Shown: positions 29,451-40,626, counted from the first letter of the stretch. The stretch is 64,000 nt of DNA from Patescibacteria group bacterium (GCA_028288925.1 JAQGHG010000012.1:13762-77761); one strand, 5' to 3'. Notes: a model not told the origin generated them from the sequence alone. Translations and numbers: made by a program.

Positions 29451-31441
29451 GCGGCTTCCTCCACCTTAGCGGCGGGGATCGTATATTCACTGTCGTCCGT
29501 GGAAGTCCGAATGATGATAGTGGCGATCACCCCCAATAGTCCCACCACTGCCAACCACCAAATGTGCCAGATCACGGCGAACCCAAGGACAAACGCGAAA
29601 CCGGCCAAGATAATACCCATCGCCGAATTCTTGGGCAGCGCGATGTCGGTATAATGCGGTTTTCGCCCTCCCGAAGCCTTCTTTTGTTTACTTGCCCAAA
29701 ACGCGTCCCGCTCAGTCACGGCGTCCAGCGTGGCGAAGTTGTACACCGGCGGCGGAGAAGTAGTAGACCACTCCAGTGTCCGCCCGCCCCACGGGTCGCC
29801 GGTCATGTCCAGGTTCTCCTTGCGTCTCCATACGCTCACGATCATTTGCAAAATCTGGAACCCGATACCGAGGCCGATCACACACACTCCCACGCCCGCC
29901 ACGATAAATAGTCCCCGCCAGCCCGTAGACGGCTCATAGTGGTCCAGCCGCCGCGTCGCGCCCATCATTCCTAGGATATACAACGGTACGAACGCCAGCA
30001 AAAACCCGGTCAGCCAGCACCAAAAGGCGTACCGGCCCAGCCGCTCATTGAGCCGGAAGCCAAAAATCTTGGGGAACCAGTAAGTGATCCCGGCGAACAG
30101 CCCAAATATCACGCCGCCGACGATCATGGTATGAAAGTGCGCCACCAAGAACAGACTATTATGCAGCTGGAAGTCCACCGACGGTACCGCCATCAACACG
30201 CCGGCCATGCCCCCAAGGGTAAACGTCACTACGAAGCCCAAAAACCACAGCATCGGCGTGGTAAAACGGATTCGCCCCCGGTACATCGTAAACAGCCAGT
30301 TAAACACCTTCACGCCTGTCGGAATCGCGATTACCATCGTCATAATGCCGAAGAAGGCGTTCACATTGGCCCCGGCGCCCATCGTGAAGAAGTGGTGCAG
30401 CCAGACCAAGAACGACAAAAAGGTAATCGAACCCAGCGCCCACACCATCGACTTGTAGCCAAACAGCCGCTTGCTCGAGAACGTCGCTACCACCTCCGAA
30501 AACACCCCAAAGGCTGGCAAAATCAGAATGTAGACCTCCGGGTGCCCCCACGCCCAGATCAAGTTGACGTACATCATAGGATTGCCCCCGAAGCCGGAGG
30601 TGAAGAAGTGCATCCCCAGAGTCCGGTCCAGCGCCAGCATCGCCAGCGTAGCCGTCAAGATCGGGAAAGCAAAGACCACCAGCACCATGGCGTTGAGCAC
30701 CGACCACACAAACATCGGCATCTTCATCATGGTCATGCCCGGCCGCCGCAGCTTCAGGATCGTCACCAGGAAATTGACACCCGAGAGCAAGCTTCCCACG
30801 CCCGCGATCTGTAGACTCCAGATCCAATAATCCACCCCCACACCGGGGCTATACCGCAGCTCCGATAGCGGCGGGTACGCCAGCCAGCCGGTGGCCGCGA
30901 ATTCACCCACCACCAGTGACACATTCATGAGCACGGCACCCGCGACGTACAGCCAAAAACTAGCCGAGTTCATAAAAGGGAACGCCACATCCCGGGCGCC
31001 GATCTGTAGCGGCACCACCAGGTTGATCAGGCCAAACATCAGCCCCATCGCCACGAAGAAAATCATAATCGTGCCGTGCGCCGAGAAAACCTGCTGGAAC
31101 GTATCGGCCGACAGCACGCCGTGAGACTGGCCCACCGATAACACCTGCTGCGCCCGCATCATGGCGGCATCGGTCGCGCCGCGCAGCAGCATCAAGAACG
31201 CCACGGCGATGTACATCACACCGATCTTCTTGGGGTCGAGCGAGGTCAGCCACTCACGCCACAGCCACTTCGCGCGGCCCAGGATCCAGCCCCAGCGCTT
31301 GAAGTATGTGAGGGCCGCCACCGCCAGCAAACCACCCAGAGCCCCCATTACGGCGGTCGCGAGCAGCATCACGCCGGTAAAACCGTCATGTTTCAGCGCG
31401 TTAAGCGTCAATAAGCCCAGTGCGTTGCCAAGAAAGATCAT
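29447..31441 (-). CDS. cyoB: Cytochrome o ubiquinol oxidase subunit I
   Basis: [28 protein letters not shown] heme/CuB ligands. Confidence 0.96.
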   Translation of the reverse strand: MIFLGNALGLLTLNALKHDGFTGVMLLATAVMGALGGLLAVAALTYFKRWGWILGRAKWLWREWLTSLDPKKIGVMYIAVAFLMLLRGATDAAMMRAQQVLSVGQSHGVLSADTFQQVFSAHGTIMIFFVAMGLMFGLINLVVPLQIGARDVAFPFMNSASFWLYVAGAVLMNVSLVVGEFAATGWLAYPPLSELRYSPGVGVDYWIWSLQIAGVGSLLSGVNFLVTILKLRRPGMTMMKMPMFVWSVLNAMVLVVFAFPILTATLAMLALDRTLGMHFFTSGFGGNPMMYVNLIWAWGHPEVYILILPAFGVFSEVVATFSSKRLFGYKSMVWALGSITFLSFLVWLHHFFTMGAGANVNAFFGIMTMVIAIPTGVKVFNWLFTMYRGRIRFTTPMLWFLGFVVTFTLGGMAGVLMAVPSVDFQLHNSLFLVAHFHTMIVGGVIFGLFAGITYWFPKIFGFRLNERLGRYAFWCWLTGFLLAFVPLYILGMMGATRRLDHYEPSTGWRGLFIVAGVGVCVIGLGIGFQILQMIVSVWRRKENLDMTGDPWGGRTLEWSTTSPPPVYNFATLDAVTERDAFWASKQKKASGGRKPHYTDIALPKNSAMGIILAGFAFVLGFAVIWHIWWLAVVGLLGVIATIIIRTSTDDSEYTIPAAKVEEAA

Positions 31442-32316
31442 CGCGTTACCATTCCGGGCATCGGCGTCATATAATTCATCACCACCTCATCATACAGACC
31501 TTCGGTTACGAATGAGTAATAGCTGGGCGGATTATTTTGGCTAGGCTTGGCCAAAGCCTGGTACGCGCCGTGGTCCAGATGGTGGGGCGACCGCTCGACC
31601 GACTTCGTCCAAACATCAAATTCGGCCCGTGGCACCGACTTGGCCGTAAACTTCATCCCCGCGAACCCCGCCCCGCTCAAGTTGGCCGACGAGCCGTCAA
31701 AGCTGCCGGGGGAGTCTGCCATCAGGTGCAGGTGAGTCGTCATGCCGCTCATCGCATAAATCTGGCCGCCCAGCTGGGGAATCCAAAATGAGTTCATCGG
31801 CGCGTCAGACGTGATCTCAAAATTAACCGGCGTACCCTCGGGAAACTCCACCATGTTCACGCTCGCGATATGCTGCTCCGGATAAATAAACAGCCATTTC
31901 CACTGCAGCGCCACTACCTGGATCGTTATGGGCTTCTTGTCGGACGCCAGAGGTTTGTAGGGGTCCAGCTCGTGGGAACTTTGCCAAGTAATGACCGCTA
32001 GCCCCACGATAATGGCGGTAGGAACGGCCCACCAAGTAAATTCCAGAACCCGGTGGTGGTCCCAGTCCGGCGCGTACTTCGCCTTAGTGTTACCGGCCCG
32101 GTACCGCCAAGAAATCACGAATGTCAGGATGAACACCGGGATCACCACGATCAGCATCAGCAGTGTGGCGGTTATCATGAGGCTACGCTCTTTGAAGGCT
32201 ATCAGGCCACGTGGATTAAGCACGGCTATGTCGTGGCCGTGCAGCAACTTCACGAGTAACACCGCCACTCCGAGACCGAGCAGAATCACAAGACCAAGCT
32301 TGAGCAATTTATTCAT
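31438..32316 (-). CDS. cyoA: Cytochrome o ubiquinol oxidase subunit II
   Basis: [36 protein letters not shown]; no CuA motif. Confidence 0.95.
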   Translation of the reverse strand: MNKLLKLGLVILLGLGVAVLLVKLLHGHDIAVLNPRGLIAFKERSLMITATLLMLIVVIPVFILTFVISWRYRAGNTKAKYAPDWDHHRVLEFTWWAVPTAIIVGLAVITWQSSHELDPYKPLASDKKPITIQVVALQWKWLFIYPEQHIASVNMVEFPEGTPVNFEITSDAPMNSFWIPQLGGQIYAMSGMTTHLHLMADSPGSFDGSSANLSGAGFAGMKFTAKSVPRAEFDVWTKSVERSPHHLDHGAYQALAKPSQNNPPSYYSFVTEGLYDEVVMNYMTPMPGMVTR

Positions 32317-32370
32317 CAGATAAGGCAAGGGTGGACGTTAAGGATCATCACACTTATGATTATATCTGAC

Positions 32371-33573
32371 ATGACTCCCAACTCACAGCGAAAAGCCCAT
32401 GTACTCGTTATCGGCGGGGGATTTGGTGGTATCCGGGCCGCCCAAAAGCTCGCCCGGCAGCGAGGCGTGAGCGTTACGCTCATCTCCGCCGAAGACAGCT
32501 TCGCCTACTACCCGCAGTTGTACCACGCGGCCACCGGCGGTGTGCACACCGAGTCGGCTATTTCGCTGACCGAGTTGCTGGGTGGCCGCGGCATCGAGGT
32601 GGTGCGCGACACCATTACGGCGCTCGATCCCGAAGCCCGCACCGTCACCGGCGCCGGCGGCGAAGCCTACCATTATGATGAGCTTATCCTGGCGCTCGGC
32701 AGCGTCACCAATTACTTCGGTATCGATGGTCTCGAAAAATTCGCCTACAACATCAAATCCATTGATGGGGCCGAGCGCTTCAAACAGCACTTGCACAAAC
32801 AGCTCGTGGAAGACCACCAGGCCGACCCCAACTATGTCGTGGTAGGCGGCGGTCCCACCGGCGTCGAGCTGGCAGCCGCTCTGGGCCAATACCTACGGCG
32901 CATCATCAAGCTGCACGGACTGGCCAAGCCCAATTTTCAGATTGAACTCATCGAAGCCGCCCCGCGCCTACTACCGCGCTCGCCCGAATCGATGAGTGCC
33001 CGGGTACAGCGCCGCCTCGAAAGCCTGGGCGTGAAGGTCATGACGGGCGCCACCGTCCAGGCCGAGACCGCCGGCGCTCTCCAGGTCAACGGCCGGCCCA
33101 TCAATACCCATACCGTCGTCTGGACCGCTGGAGTAGCCAATAATCCCTTCTTCAAAGCCAACGCCGCCCACTTCAAACTCGCCAAAAATGGCAAAGCCGA
33201 GGTCGACAACCACCTCCAAAGCCAACCCCACATCTACGTGATCGGCGACAACGCCGCCACACCCTACACCGGCATGGCCCAGACCGCCCTCAACGACGCC
33301 GATTACGTCGCCGCCGACATCGTCCGCGCCCTCCACGGCCACGACCGCCCGGCCTACCATCCCGCGGCGCCCATCAGCGTCATCCCGGTGGGGGAAAACT
33401 GGGCCGCAGCGGAATGGGGGCGCGTCTTGCTCTACGGCTACATCGGCTACGTCCTGCGCCGCTTCGCCGACCTCATCGGCTACGCCGACGTCGAAAGCTG
33501 GCCCCGAGCCTTCAAGATTTGGATCCAAGACACCCGCCGCGAAGACAACTGCCTGATCTGCGAACCCAAATAG
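32371..33573 (+). CDS. ndh: Type II NADH dehydrogenase-like flavoprotein
   Basis: GGGFGG, GGGPTGVELA, WTAGV, IYVIGD; divergent from cyoA. Confidence 0.88.
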   Translation: MTPNSQRKAHVLVIGGGFGGIRAAQKLARQRGVSVTLISAEDSFAYYPQLYHAATGGVHTESAISLTELLGGRGIEVVRDTITALDPEARTVTGAGGEAYHYDELILALGSVTNYFGIDGLEKFAYNIKSIDGAERFKQHLHKQLVEDHQADPNYVVVGGGPTGVELAAALGQYLRRIIKLHGLAKPNFQIELIEAAPRLLPRSPESMSARVQRRLESLGVKVMTGATVQAETAGALQVNGRPINTHTVVWTAGVANNPFFKANAAHFKLAKNGKAEVDNHLQSQPHIYVIGDNAATPYTGMAQTALNDADYVAADIVRALHGHDRPAYHPAAPISVIPVGENWAAAEWGRVLLYGYIGYVLRRFADLIGYADVESWPRAFKIWIQDTRREDNCLICEPK

Positions 33574-33593
33574 CTAAGCCATCTAGGCCCAAT

Positions 33594-33628
33594 AATAAAG
33601 CCCCTGCTCGAAAGCAAGGGGCTTTATT
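33594..33628. terminator. Bidirectional intrinsic terminator
   Basis: AATAAAGCCCCT...AGGGGCTTTATT between convergent genes. Confidence 0.8.
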
Positions 33629-33709
33629 GAATAATTCCAGTGTGCCCGTGGCACACGCGAGAGGTGAGTCTCGGGTGTGCCACGGATGAACCCGGGAGCC
33701 GTGAGGCTC

Positions 33710-34396
33710 TCAGGATCTGTTGTGCTTGACCGCGTGGGGCAGATCGGCGCCTGGGCGCGTTCCCTGCATACCACATTTGCCGCGGAAAATGCGGCTCCCA
33801 CCCCTCTTGAGGGGAATGACCAGGAAGTCACTCTCCCCTGGGTGGGGGTAGGGGGCGTAGCCCGGCCTAGGCGGGGTGTTGCGATGTGTTCCAGGAACCA
33901 TGTAGTTGGTCCACCATCCCGGCGGGATGGCACGGCGGACCACGCTAGGGTGACGCCAGTCTCCCAACTTACGCAGGAGATCCAGCGCCTTCGCGTGGCG
34001 CGCCGGAGAAATGACCCCATAGGGGCTCTGGTTCGGGTCGAACCAGGCGGCCGTTACGACCGCCAGGATCGGGTCCTCACAGAGCCAGACCCAGAACGTG
34101 CGTACGCCCTCCTCGGGATGAGTCGGGCTCAGGTCTACGCCCCGGCCGGCCGCGTTGGGACCTTCCTTCCCGCGCTGGTTGGCTCGGTAGATAGGCGGCC
34201 CCATCGGTCCACCACCTGCGAGGCAGGCGGTGGGGTCGGTGGGGTCGGTGGGGGCGGTCGCGGTCGGAGCCTGCTTTGTGGCAGCGGGCGGCGACTTCAC
34301 CGGCGTGGCCGATACGACCATACTGGTGAGGAAAACGAAGCCCCCCAGAGAGAGGACCAACGCCGCCATGACGAGTCCAGCTATGCGCTGTCGCAT
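33710..34396 (-). CDS. Hypothetical secreted or anchored Pro/Thr-rich protein
   Basis: GGAGG RBS; MRQRIAGLVMAALVLSLGG signal/TM; PTDPTDPT linker. Confidence 0.65.
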   Translation of the reverse strand: MRQRIAGLVMAALVLSLGGFVFLTSMVVSATPVKSPPAATKQAPTATAPTDPTDPTACLAGGGPMGPPIYRANQRGKEGPNAAGRGVDLSPTHPEEGVRTFWVWLCEDPILAVVTAAWFDPNQSPYGVISPARHAKALDLLRKLGDWRHPSVVRRAIPPGWWTNYMVPGTHRNTPPRPGYAPYPHPGESDFLVIPLKRGGSRIFRGKCGMQGTRPGADLPHAVKHNRS

Positions 34397-34397
34397 G

Positions 34398-35075
34398 TCA
34401 CACCTCCGGACGAACCGTGCGGTGAGCGAAGAACCACCCCACGGCAGCCCCTGCGACCACCCCGAGGACGACGCCGAACACGCCGACCAACGGGTTGGAC
34501 AGGATGAACCACGGATGCGGGTCGTTGCCGACCAGCGCGTGGTTGTTGTGCACCAGGCTGGCGAGGCCTCCGAGGAGGAACCCGCCGACGATCGCGCCGA
34601 CGGCGACGATACCCCAGCGCGTCTTGGTCTCGACGGGCCCGCAGCTGTGCGTACAAGCCGCAGGAGCCGAGGGCTGCGCCTCCAGGTCGGTGATCCGTCC
34701 TGAGAGGGACACCAACGCGATCGCGTGGGTGTCGAGGCGCTCATGCGCCCGGTCGGTCTCATGCTCAGTACCGGCGACACGCCCGTAGAGACGGCCGATA
34801 CGACCGCCCTCCCAGGTGACGCGGTCATTGAGGTCATCGAGACGGTCAGCGTGCCCGTCGAGACGTCCGTCCGTCATTGTGCACTGGTGGGTGCAGCGCC
34901 AGTCGCATTGACTCGCCCAGCCACCGTCGCAGCACACGAGGTGCTGGTGGTTGCAGGCGGGCTGGGCCGGGCTGGGGTCTCGCGTGACGATCAACGCCAC
35001 GATGCCCCCGAAAACGAGGGCCATGAACATGAAACCGAGCGAGCCCAACAGGGCCGCGAGGACGATTCCGGACAT
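34398..35075 (-). CDS. Hypothetical Cys/His-rich membrane protein
   Basis: AAGGAGG RBS; N-terminal TM, CNHQHLVCC...CDWRCTHQC, heptad-like segment, two C-terminal TM. Confidence 0.65.
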   Translation of the reverse strand: MSGIVLAALLGSLGFMFMALVFGGIVALIVTRDPSPAQPACNHQHLVCCDGGWASQCDWRCTHQCTMTDGRLDGHADRLDDLNDRVTWEGGRIGRLYGRVAGTEHETDRAHERLDTHAIALVSLSGRITDLEAQPSAPAACTHSCGPVETKTRWGIVAVGAIVGGFLLGGLASLVHNNHALVGNDPHPWFILSNPLVGVFGVVLGVVAGAAVGWFFAHRTVRPEV

Positions 35076-35484
35076 TTTTGTGCCTCCTTGGAGCTTCCTT
35101 GTAGCATGGTTGTCTGGCATGACACCGCAAAGGAACCGACGACTGTCCTGGCAGCCCAGAGTGCCTCGCACCGCGCCGCGCCGCAAGGCACTCTGGGCTC
35201 CGCCCAACCGCCCACTTTTAAAAACATGGCCCCAATGGCCACCAAACCTCCGGCGCCTCCCCGCTTTCTAGGGGTGGGTAGTGGGTGACGGCCCGGAGGG
35301 CCCAGGGCGCGGGCCTCGCTCGAATAAAGTCGGTACAGGCGGCATATTCGCGCGAGGCCCCCCTGGGTCTCCTACGGGGCTCTGCCCTTCTTAACCGTCC
35401 TGCACTCGTGCGGGGCGGCCTTTCTTTTCTAAGACCACATACATTGGCCCGGCTGCTCGCATCGGCTTATAATTAACCATAAGC

Positions 35485-37908
35485 ATGAATACCGATACCA
35501 CCGGCCTCACCAGCCGCGAAGCCGCCAAACGCCTCAAGCACTACGGCCCCAACACCCTCGCCGAGGTCAAACGCCGCCCGGCTGTCTTGGCGTTCCTCTC
35601 GCGCTTTACCAACCCGCTCGTCATCATCCTGATGCTGGCCGCCACGCTCTCGGCCTTCCTCGGCGACCGGCTGAGTTTCATTATTATCATCGCCATCGTG
35701 CTCGTGAGCACCGTGCTCGATTTCTTCAACACCTTCCGCTCCGAGAAGGCCGCCGAGGCCCTCAAAGAGCGCGTGCGGGTAGAGGCCGAGGTGTTGCGCG
35801 ACCACAAGTGGGTGGCACTACCGCTCCGGGCGCTCGTGCCGGGCGACATCGTCAAGCTCCAGGCCGGCAAGCTCATTCCGGCCGACGGCGTCGTCGCCGA
35901 GGGCAAGGACCTCTATGCCAACGAATCCTCGCTCACCGGCGAGTCCTTTCCGCAGCCCAAGCCCCCGGCCGCCCCGCTGTATCTGGGCGCCAGCATCACC
36001 AGCGGCTCGGGCACCATGCGCGTCACCCATACCGGCCACGCCACCAAATTCTCCCACCTCGCGCATGCCCTCTCCGCTCAAGACCAGCCCACCGAGTTTG
36101 ACCGCGAGATCAAAGACTTCAGCCTGCTCATCATCAAGATCACCACCTTCCTGGTGATCGTCATCTTCACCTTCAATCTCTTCTTCCGGCACGATCTGCT
36201 GTCGTCATTGCTCTTTAGTGTGGCGCTGGCCGTGGGCCTCACGCCCGAGCTTCTGCCGCTCATCATCACCCTCAACCTCACCAAGGGCTCTCTGGCCATG
36301 GCCAAGCACGGCGTCATCGTCAAACAGCTCTCGTCCATCCAAAACCTCGGTTCCATGGACGTGCTCTGCACCGACAAAACCGGCACGCTCACCGAGGACC
36401 ACATCGCCCTCATCCGCCATGTCGACGGCTTCGGCGCCGAGTCCAGCAAGGTTCTGCTCTACGGCTACCTGGCCAGCGTCTACACCACCGGCTTCGAAAA
36501 CCCGCTCGACAAGGCCGTCCGCACCTTCAAGACCGTCAACATCAAAGGCTACCGCAAGCTCGACGAGATCCCCTACGACTTCGAGCGCAAACGCGAATCC
36601 GTGGTGGTGGCGCACGGCGACAGCCGCCTGCTCATCAGCAAGGGCGCGCCCGAGGAGATCATGCGCATCAGCCACCGCTACGCCGACGGCCGGCCCTTCG
36701 AGGCCGTCAAAGCCGAAGTCCAGGCCGAATACGACTCCCTCAGCGCCGAAGGCTTCCGCGTGCTGGCCGTCGCCATCCACCATGTGCCGCCCACCCATGG
36801 CACCTATGAGCCCGGCATCGAGCACGATCTCACCTTCGTCGGCTTCATGGCCTTCCTGGATCCGGCCAAGCAATCCGTCCGCTCCACACTCGAGCGCATC
36901 CTCGAGTACGGCATACAGGTCAAGATCGTTACCGGCGACAACGCCCTCGTCACCCGCAAGATCGCCAACGACATCAACCTCGAAGTCACCGGCATTCTCA
37001 CCGGCCCGGAAATCGAGCGTATGAGCCAGACCAAACTCCGCGAGGCCGTTGAGCGTACCACCATCTTCGCCCGCGTCAATCCCGAGCAAAAGCTGCGTAT
37101 CATCGAGACGCTCCGCCACAACCATCACGTCGTGGGCTACCTCGGCGACGGCATCAACGACGCCCCCGCCCTCAAGGCCGCCGACGTCGGCATATCCGTC
37201 AACAACGCCGTCGATGTCGCCCGCGCCACCGCCGACCTCATCCTGCTGCGCAAATCGCTCGACAGCCTCATCGAGGGCGTCATCGAAGGCCGCCGCACCT
37301 ACGCCAACACCCTCAAATACCTCATGATGTCGCTCGGCTCCAACTTCGGCAATATGTTTAGCATGGCCGGCGGTTCGCTGTTTTTGCCCTTCCTGCCCAT
37401 GCAAGCCACCCAAATCCTCCTCACCAACCTGCTCTACGACAGCTCGCAATTCGCCCTGCCCCTCGACGGCGTCGACGCCGACAGCCTCAAGCGCCCTCGC
37501 CGGCTCAACATCGCCACCCTCAAGAAGGCTATGTGGGTCTTCGGCCCCCTCAGTTCCATCTTCGACTTCGCCACCTTCGGCGTGCTTATCCTCGTGTTTC
37601 ACCTCAACGCCGCGTCCTTCCAAACCGGCTGGTTCCTCGAATCCGTCGCCACCCAAACCTTCGTGGTCTACATTATCCGCACGCGCCTCATACCGTTCTT
37701 CCAGAGCCGTCCCAGCCCCTATCTGGTGCTGAGCACTCTCGCCACCGTCGCCCTGGGTTACTACCTGGCGCTCAGCCCGCTGGGCAGCTACTTCCACTTC
37801 GGGCCGCTTCCCCTGAGCGCCTTCCTGGCCATCCTCGGCATCGTCGTGGCCTACCTCTTCTCCGCCGAGATCGTAAAGCGCCAATTCTTCCGCCGCGTCG
37901 ATCTGTAG
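35485..37908 (+). CDS. mgtA: Magnesium-translocating P-type ATPase
   Basis: LTGES, VGLTPELLP, DKTGTLT, TGDN, GDGINDAPA, SNFGNMFS. Confidence 0.92.
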   Translation: MNTDTTGLTSREAAKRLKHYGPNTLAEVKRRPAVLAFLSRFTNPLVIILMLAATLSAFLGDRLSFIIIIAIVLVSTVLDFFNTFRSEKAAEALKERVRVEAEVLRDHKWVALPLRALVPGDIVKLQAGKLIPADGVVAEGKDLYANESSLTGESFPQPKPPAAPLYLGASITSGSGTMRVTHTGHATKFSHLAHALSAQDQPTEFDREIKDFSLLIIKITTFLVIVIFTFNLFFRHDLLSSLLFSVALAVGLTPELLPLIITLNLTKGSLAMAKHGVIVKQLSSIQNLGSMDVLCTDKTGTLTEDHIALIRHVDGFGAESSKVLLYGYLASVYTTGFENPLDKAVRTFKTVNIKGYRKLDEIPYDFERKRESVVVAHGDSRLLISKGAPEEIMRISHRYADGRPFEAVKAEVQAEYDSLSAEGFRVLAVAIHHVPPTHGTYEPGIEHDLTFVGFMAFLDPAKQSVRSTLERILEYGIQVKIVTGDNALVTRKIANDINLEVTGILTGPEIERMSQTKLREAVERTTIFARVNPEQKLRIIETLRHNHHVVGYLGDGINDAPALKAADVGISVNNAVDVARATADLILLRKSLDSLIEGVIEGRRTYANTLKYLMMSLGSNFGNMFSMAGGSLFLPFLPMQATQILLTNLLYDSSQFALPLDGVDADSLKRPRRLNIATLKKAMWVFGPLSSIFDFATFGVLILVFHLNAASFQTGWFLESVATQTFVVYIIRTRLIPFFQSRPSPYLVLSTLATVALGYYLALSPLGSYFHFGPLPLSAFLAILGIVVAYLFSAEIVKRQFFRRVDL

Positions 37909-37925
37909 CCGGAGCCTAGAGAGCC

Positions 37926-37944
37926 TACGGCTGACAGGACCCGT
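37926..37944 (+). repeat. Structured repeat copy C (fused ends only)
   Basis: TACGG joined directly to CTGACAGGACCCGT; preceded by a GAGCCTA direct repeat. Confidence 0.65.
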
Positions 37945-38050
37945 CCTCATTGGCCATTCTTCCAGCTAAATACGCTCCTTGCAGAGCAATCTTCCGCCGC
38001 TTAGCCGTTGCTACGGCCGCACTTTTCCGCCATGCTTCGTATATTAAGAA

Positions 38051-39412
38051 GTGAGTATTACTACCGTGCGTGTCGGGGAATTTAGTCAGTACTCAAATTA
38101 CAAAATCTTCATCGCGCTCGGTGGCATGATAGCCCTGGCGCTTGTAGGCACCATCACCGCTATCTTGGCTATGACCCAGATGCTCCAGGTGCGCGAAGTC
38201 AGTCAGCATCACAACGACGCTCGCTTTCAGATGGAAAATCTCCTGACTAACCTTGAGACAGCCGAGACGAGTCAGCGCGGCTACCTTCTTACCGGCGATC
38301 AGGTCTACCTCACTCCCTATCACCAGACCACAATAAATGCCAATCGTCAATTGCAGACGCTCGGTCAGCAATCAAATGGCGCGCCCTATCACACCGACAT
38401 TCTCCGGCTCCAGAGCCTGGTCCATAGCCGCCTCGCTATGCTCGATCAGGGCATCGCGCTATACAGCGCCGGCGATATTGAGGGGTCCGTCGCCAGCCTC
38501 AAATCCGGGCAGGAGAGCGTAATATCCGGGCAGATCCGCCGCTCTGTCTCCGGTATTGAGGAGGCTCAGGCTGGGCTACTAAACCAAGGCCGGCTGAGTG
38601 TTGAATCCTTCGCCGGTCTCGCCCGGGGCGTTAGCCTAGCGACCTTGGGGCTCACGTTGCTGCTGGCTTCATTGGTGTACTACCTGTACGTGAAGGCCAT
38701 CCAAGCCGAACGTGAGCTCGACTACGCCAAGGACGAGTTTGTCTCCCTCGCATCGCATCAGCTGCGCACGCCGGCCACCGGCATCAAGTCGATCCTGGCC
38801 ATGCTGGTAGCCGGCGATCTCGGCCCGCTTGGCCAGCAGCAGAAATATTTCGTCTCCAAGGCGTTGGAGAGCAACGAGCGCGAGATCCGCATTATAGACG
38901 AGCTACTCAATGTGGCCCGGGCCGACGCCGGTCGGCTAGTCCTACGCGCCTCCGAGCTCGAGCTGGGGGCTCTCGTCGCGGCCGTTATAGCCGAGCAGCG
39001 CACAGCCATCGAGAGCAAAAAGATCACCCTTCGCTTCAAGCCAGCCGCCCGTCCCATCCATCTCGAAGCCGACGAAGAAAAACTCTTTATGGCCGTCAGC
39101 AACCTCCTAGACAACGCCCGCAAATACACCCCAGAAAAAGGCAAAATCACGGTCGCCGTTCACGAAAAACGGGGCAGCGCGTCCGTCGAAGTCACCGACA
39201 CCGGCATCGGCATCGACGAAACCGAGATGAGCCATATCTTTGACCGTTTTCAGCGAGCCCGCAATGTGTTGGGCGGCAACATCGAAGGCACCGGATTGGG
39301 TTTATACCTTGCTCGGCGCATCATGGAGTTGCATAATGGGACTATAGAAGTGAGTTCTAAGAAAGATCACGGAACAAAGTTTGTAATGACACTCCCTCAA
39401 AGGAGAACGTAA
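38051..39412 (+). CDS. CHASE3 sensor histidine kinase
   Basis: AETSQRGYLLTGD (CHASE3), ASHQLRTP, DNARKYT, GTGLGL. Confidence 0.92.
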   Translation: MSITTVRVGEFSQYSNYKIFIALGGMIALALVGTITAILAMTQMLQVREVSQHHNDARFQMENLLTNLETAETSQRGYLLTGDQVYLTPYHQTTINANRQLQTLGQQSNGAPYHTDILRLQSLVHSRLAMLDQGIALYSAGDIEGSVASLKSGQESVISGQIRRSVSGIEEAQAGLLNQGRLSVESFAGLARGVSLATLGLTLLLASLVYYLYVKAIQAERELDYAKDEFVSLASHQLRTPATGIKSILAMLVAGDLGPLGQQQKYFVSKALESNEREIRIIDELLNVARADAGRLVLRASELELGALVAAVIAEQRTAIESKKITLRFKPAARPIHLEADEEKLFMAVSNLLDNARKYTPEKGKITVAVHEKRGSASVEVTDTGIGIDETEMSHIFDRFQRARNVLGGNIEGTGLGLYLARRIMELHNGTIEVSSKKDHGTKFVMTLPQRRT

Positions 39413-39825
39413 TGTTACCCAGAGTCTTGCTAGTAGAAGATGATGATGTCATTCGCGAGATCTACGCCATGAAGTTTGAGTTGGAGGGATTTCCCACGGC
39501 CGTCGCCGAAAACGGCCAAGTCGCCCTGGAGATGGTCTCCCAGTTTCAGCCCCAAGTCGTACTACTGGACATGATGATGCCCGTTATGGGTGGGCTCGAA
39601 TTTATGGAGCGCCTCGATAAAACCGACAAGAAGAATACTCCTGACATTATTATCTTTAGCAACATCTCTGCCGCCGCCCAAATGCAGAGCGTCATGAAGC
39701 TAGGCGCCACCGACTATTGGGTAAAGTCCGACTATACGCCCGAGCGGGTTGCCGACGAGGTAGCCAAGCTCTGGAAGCACCGGCAAGTCGATGGGTTGGC
39801 CCAAGAGTCGCCCGCTGACGCCTAG
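39412..39825 (+). CDS. Single-domain response regulator (REC only)
   Basis: LLVEDD, LLDMMMP, DYWVKS; TAATG coupling to the kinase. Confidence 0.92.
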   Translation: MLPRVLLVEDDDVIREIYAMKFELEGFPTAVAENGQVALEMVSQFQPQVVLLDMMMPVMGGLEFMERLDKTDKKNTPDIIIFSNISAAAQMQSVMKLGATDYWVKSDYTPERVADEVAKLWKHRQVDGLAQESPADA

Positions 39826-39852
39826 GCGTATTTATGGTATGGTAACTCGGTT

Positions 39853-40626
39853 ATGAAACTCCTCGACGGCCGGGACATCGCCCAATTTATTCAGCAGCGC
39901 CACCAGCAAATGGTCGCTGGTTTAGCGAATCAGCCCCGCCTGGCCATCATCCGCTCGGCCGACAACGAAGGCGCCAAGCGCTATCTCAAGCTCAAATCTC
40001 AGTACGGTGAGGAAATTGGCGCCGCCGTGGACGTTTACGCTGAGCAGCCCGGGACACTGCTTGGGCGTATTCGCCAGCTCAACGCCGACCCGCGCGTCAC
40101 CGGCATCATCATCCAGCTGCCCCTGCCCAGCGCGGAACTCACCGCCCAGGCCGTCAAGGCCGTCGACCCGGCCAAGGACGTCGACGGTCTAGGCCCGCAC
40201 AGCTCCTTCGAGACAGCCACGCCCAAGGCCGCGCTCTGGCTGCTGGCCTCCCACAACGTCGACTTGCGCGGCCGCATCGTGATAGTGGGGCAGGGGAGGC
40301 TCGTCGGCAAACCGCTCGCCGACCGCCTCGAAGCCAGCGGCCACGAGGTCGTGCGCGTCGACATCAACACCAAAGACCTCCGCGCTGAAACCATCCAGGC
40401 CGACATGATCTTTACCGGCACCGGCCGCCCCGGCCTTATCAAGCCCAATATGGTCAAAGAAGGCGCCGTCGTGGTCGATACCGGCGCGCCCCTCGGCGAG
40501 CTCGACCCCGCGCTCTACGACCGCGACGACCTCACCATCACGCCCAATCCTGGCGGCGTGGGCCCCATGACTGTCGCCAGCCTGTTCGACAACCTGCTCA
40601 TCGCGGCGCAGCAAAGAGCTAAGTAA
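39853..40626 (+). CDS. folD: Methylenetetrahydrofolate dehydrogenase/cyclohydrolase
   Basis: GIIIQLPLP, KDVDGL, GRLVGKP, TPNPGGVGPMTV. Confidence 0.92.
   Translation: MKLLDGRDIAQFIQQRHQQMVAGLANQPRLAIIRSADNEGAKRYLKLKSQYGEEIGAAVDVYAEQPGTLLGRIRQLNADPRVTGIIIQLPLPSAELTAQAVKAVDPAKDVDGLGPHSSFETATPKAALWLLASHNVDLRGRIVIVGQGRLVGKPLADRLEASGHEVVRVDINTKDLRAETIQADMIFTGTGRPGLIKPNMVKEGAVVVDTGAPLGELDPALYDRDDLTITPNPGGVGPMTVASLFDNLLIAAQQRAK

Noticed and set aside
36205-37950. 581-aa antisense ORF opposite mgtA, and similar shadow ORFs over cyo, ABC and kinase genes
   Set aside because: Expected from high GC3 codon bias; no motifs, fully overlapping well-supported genes
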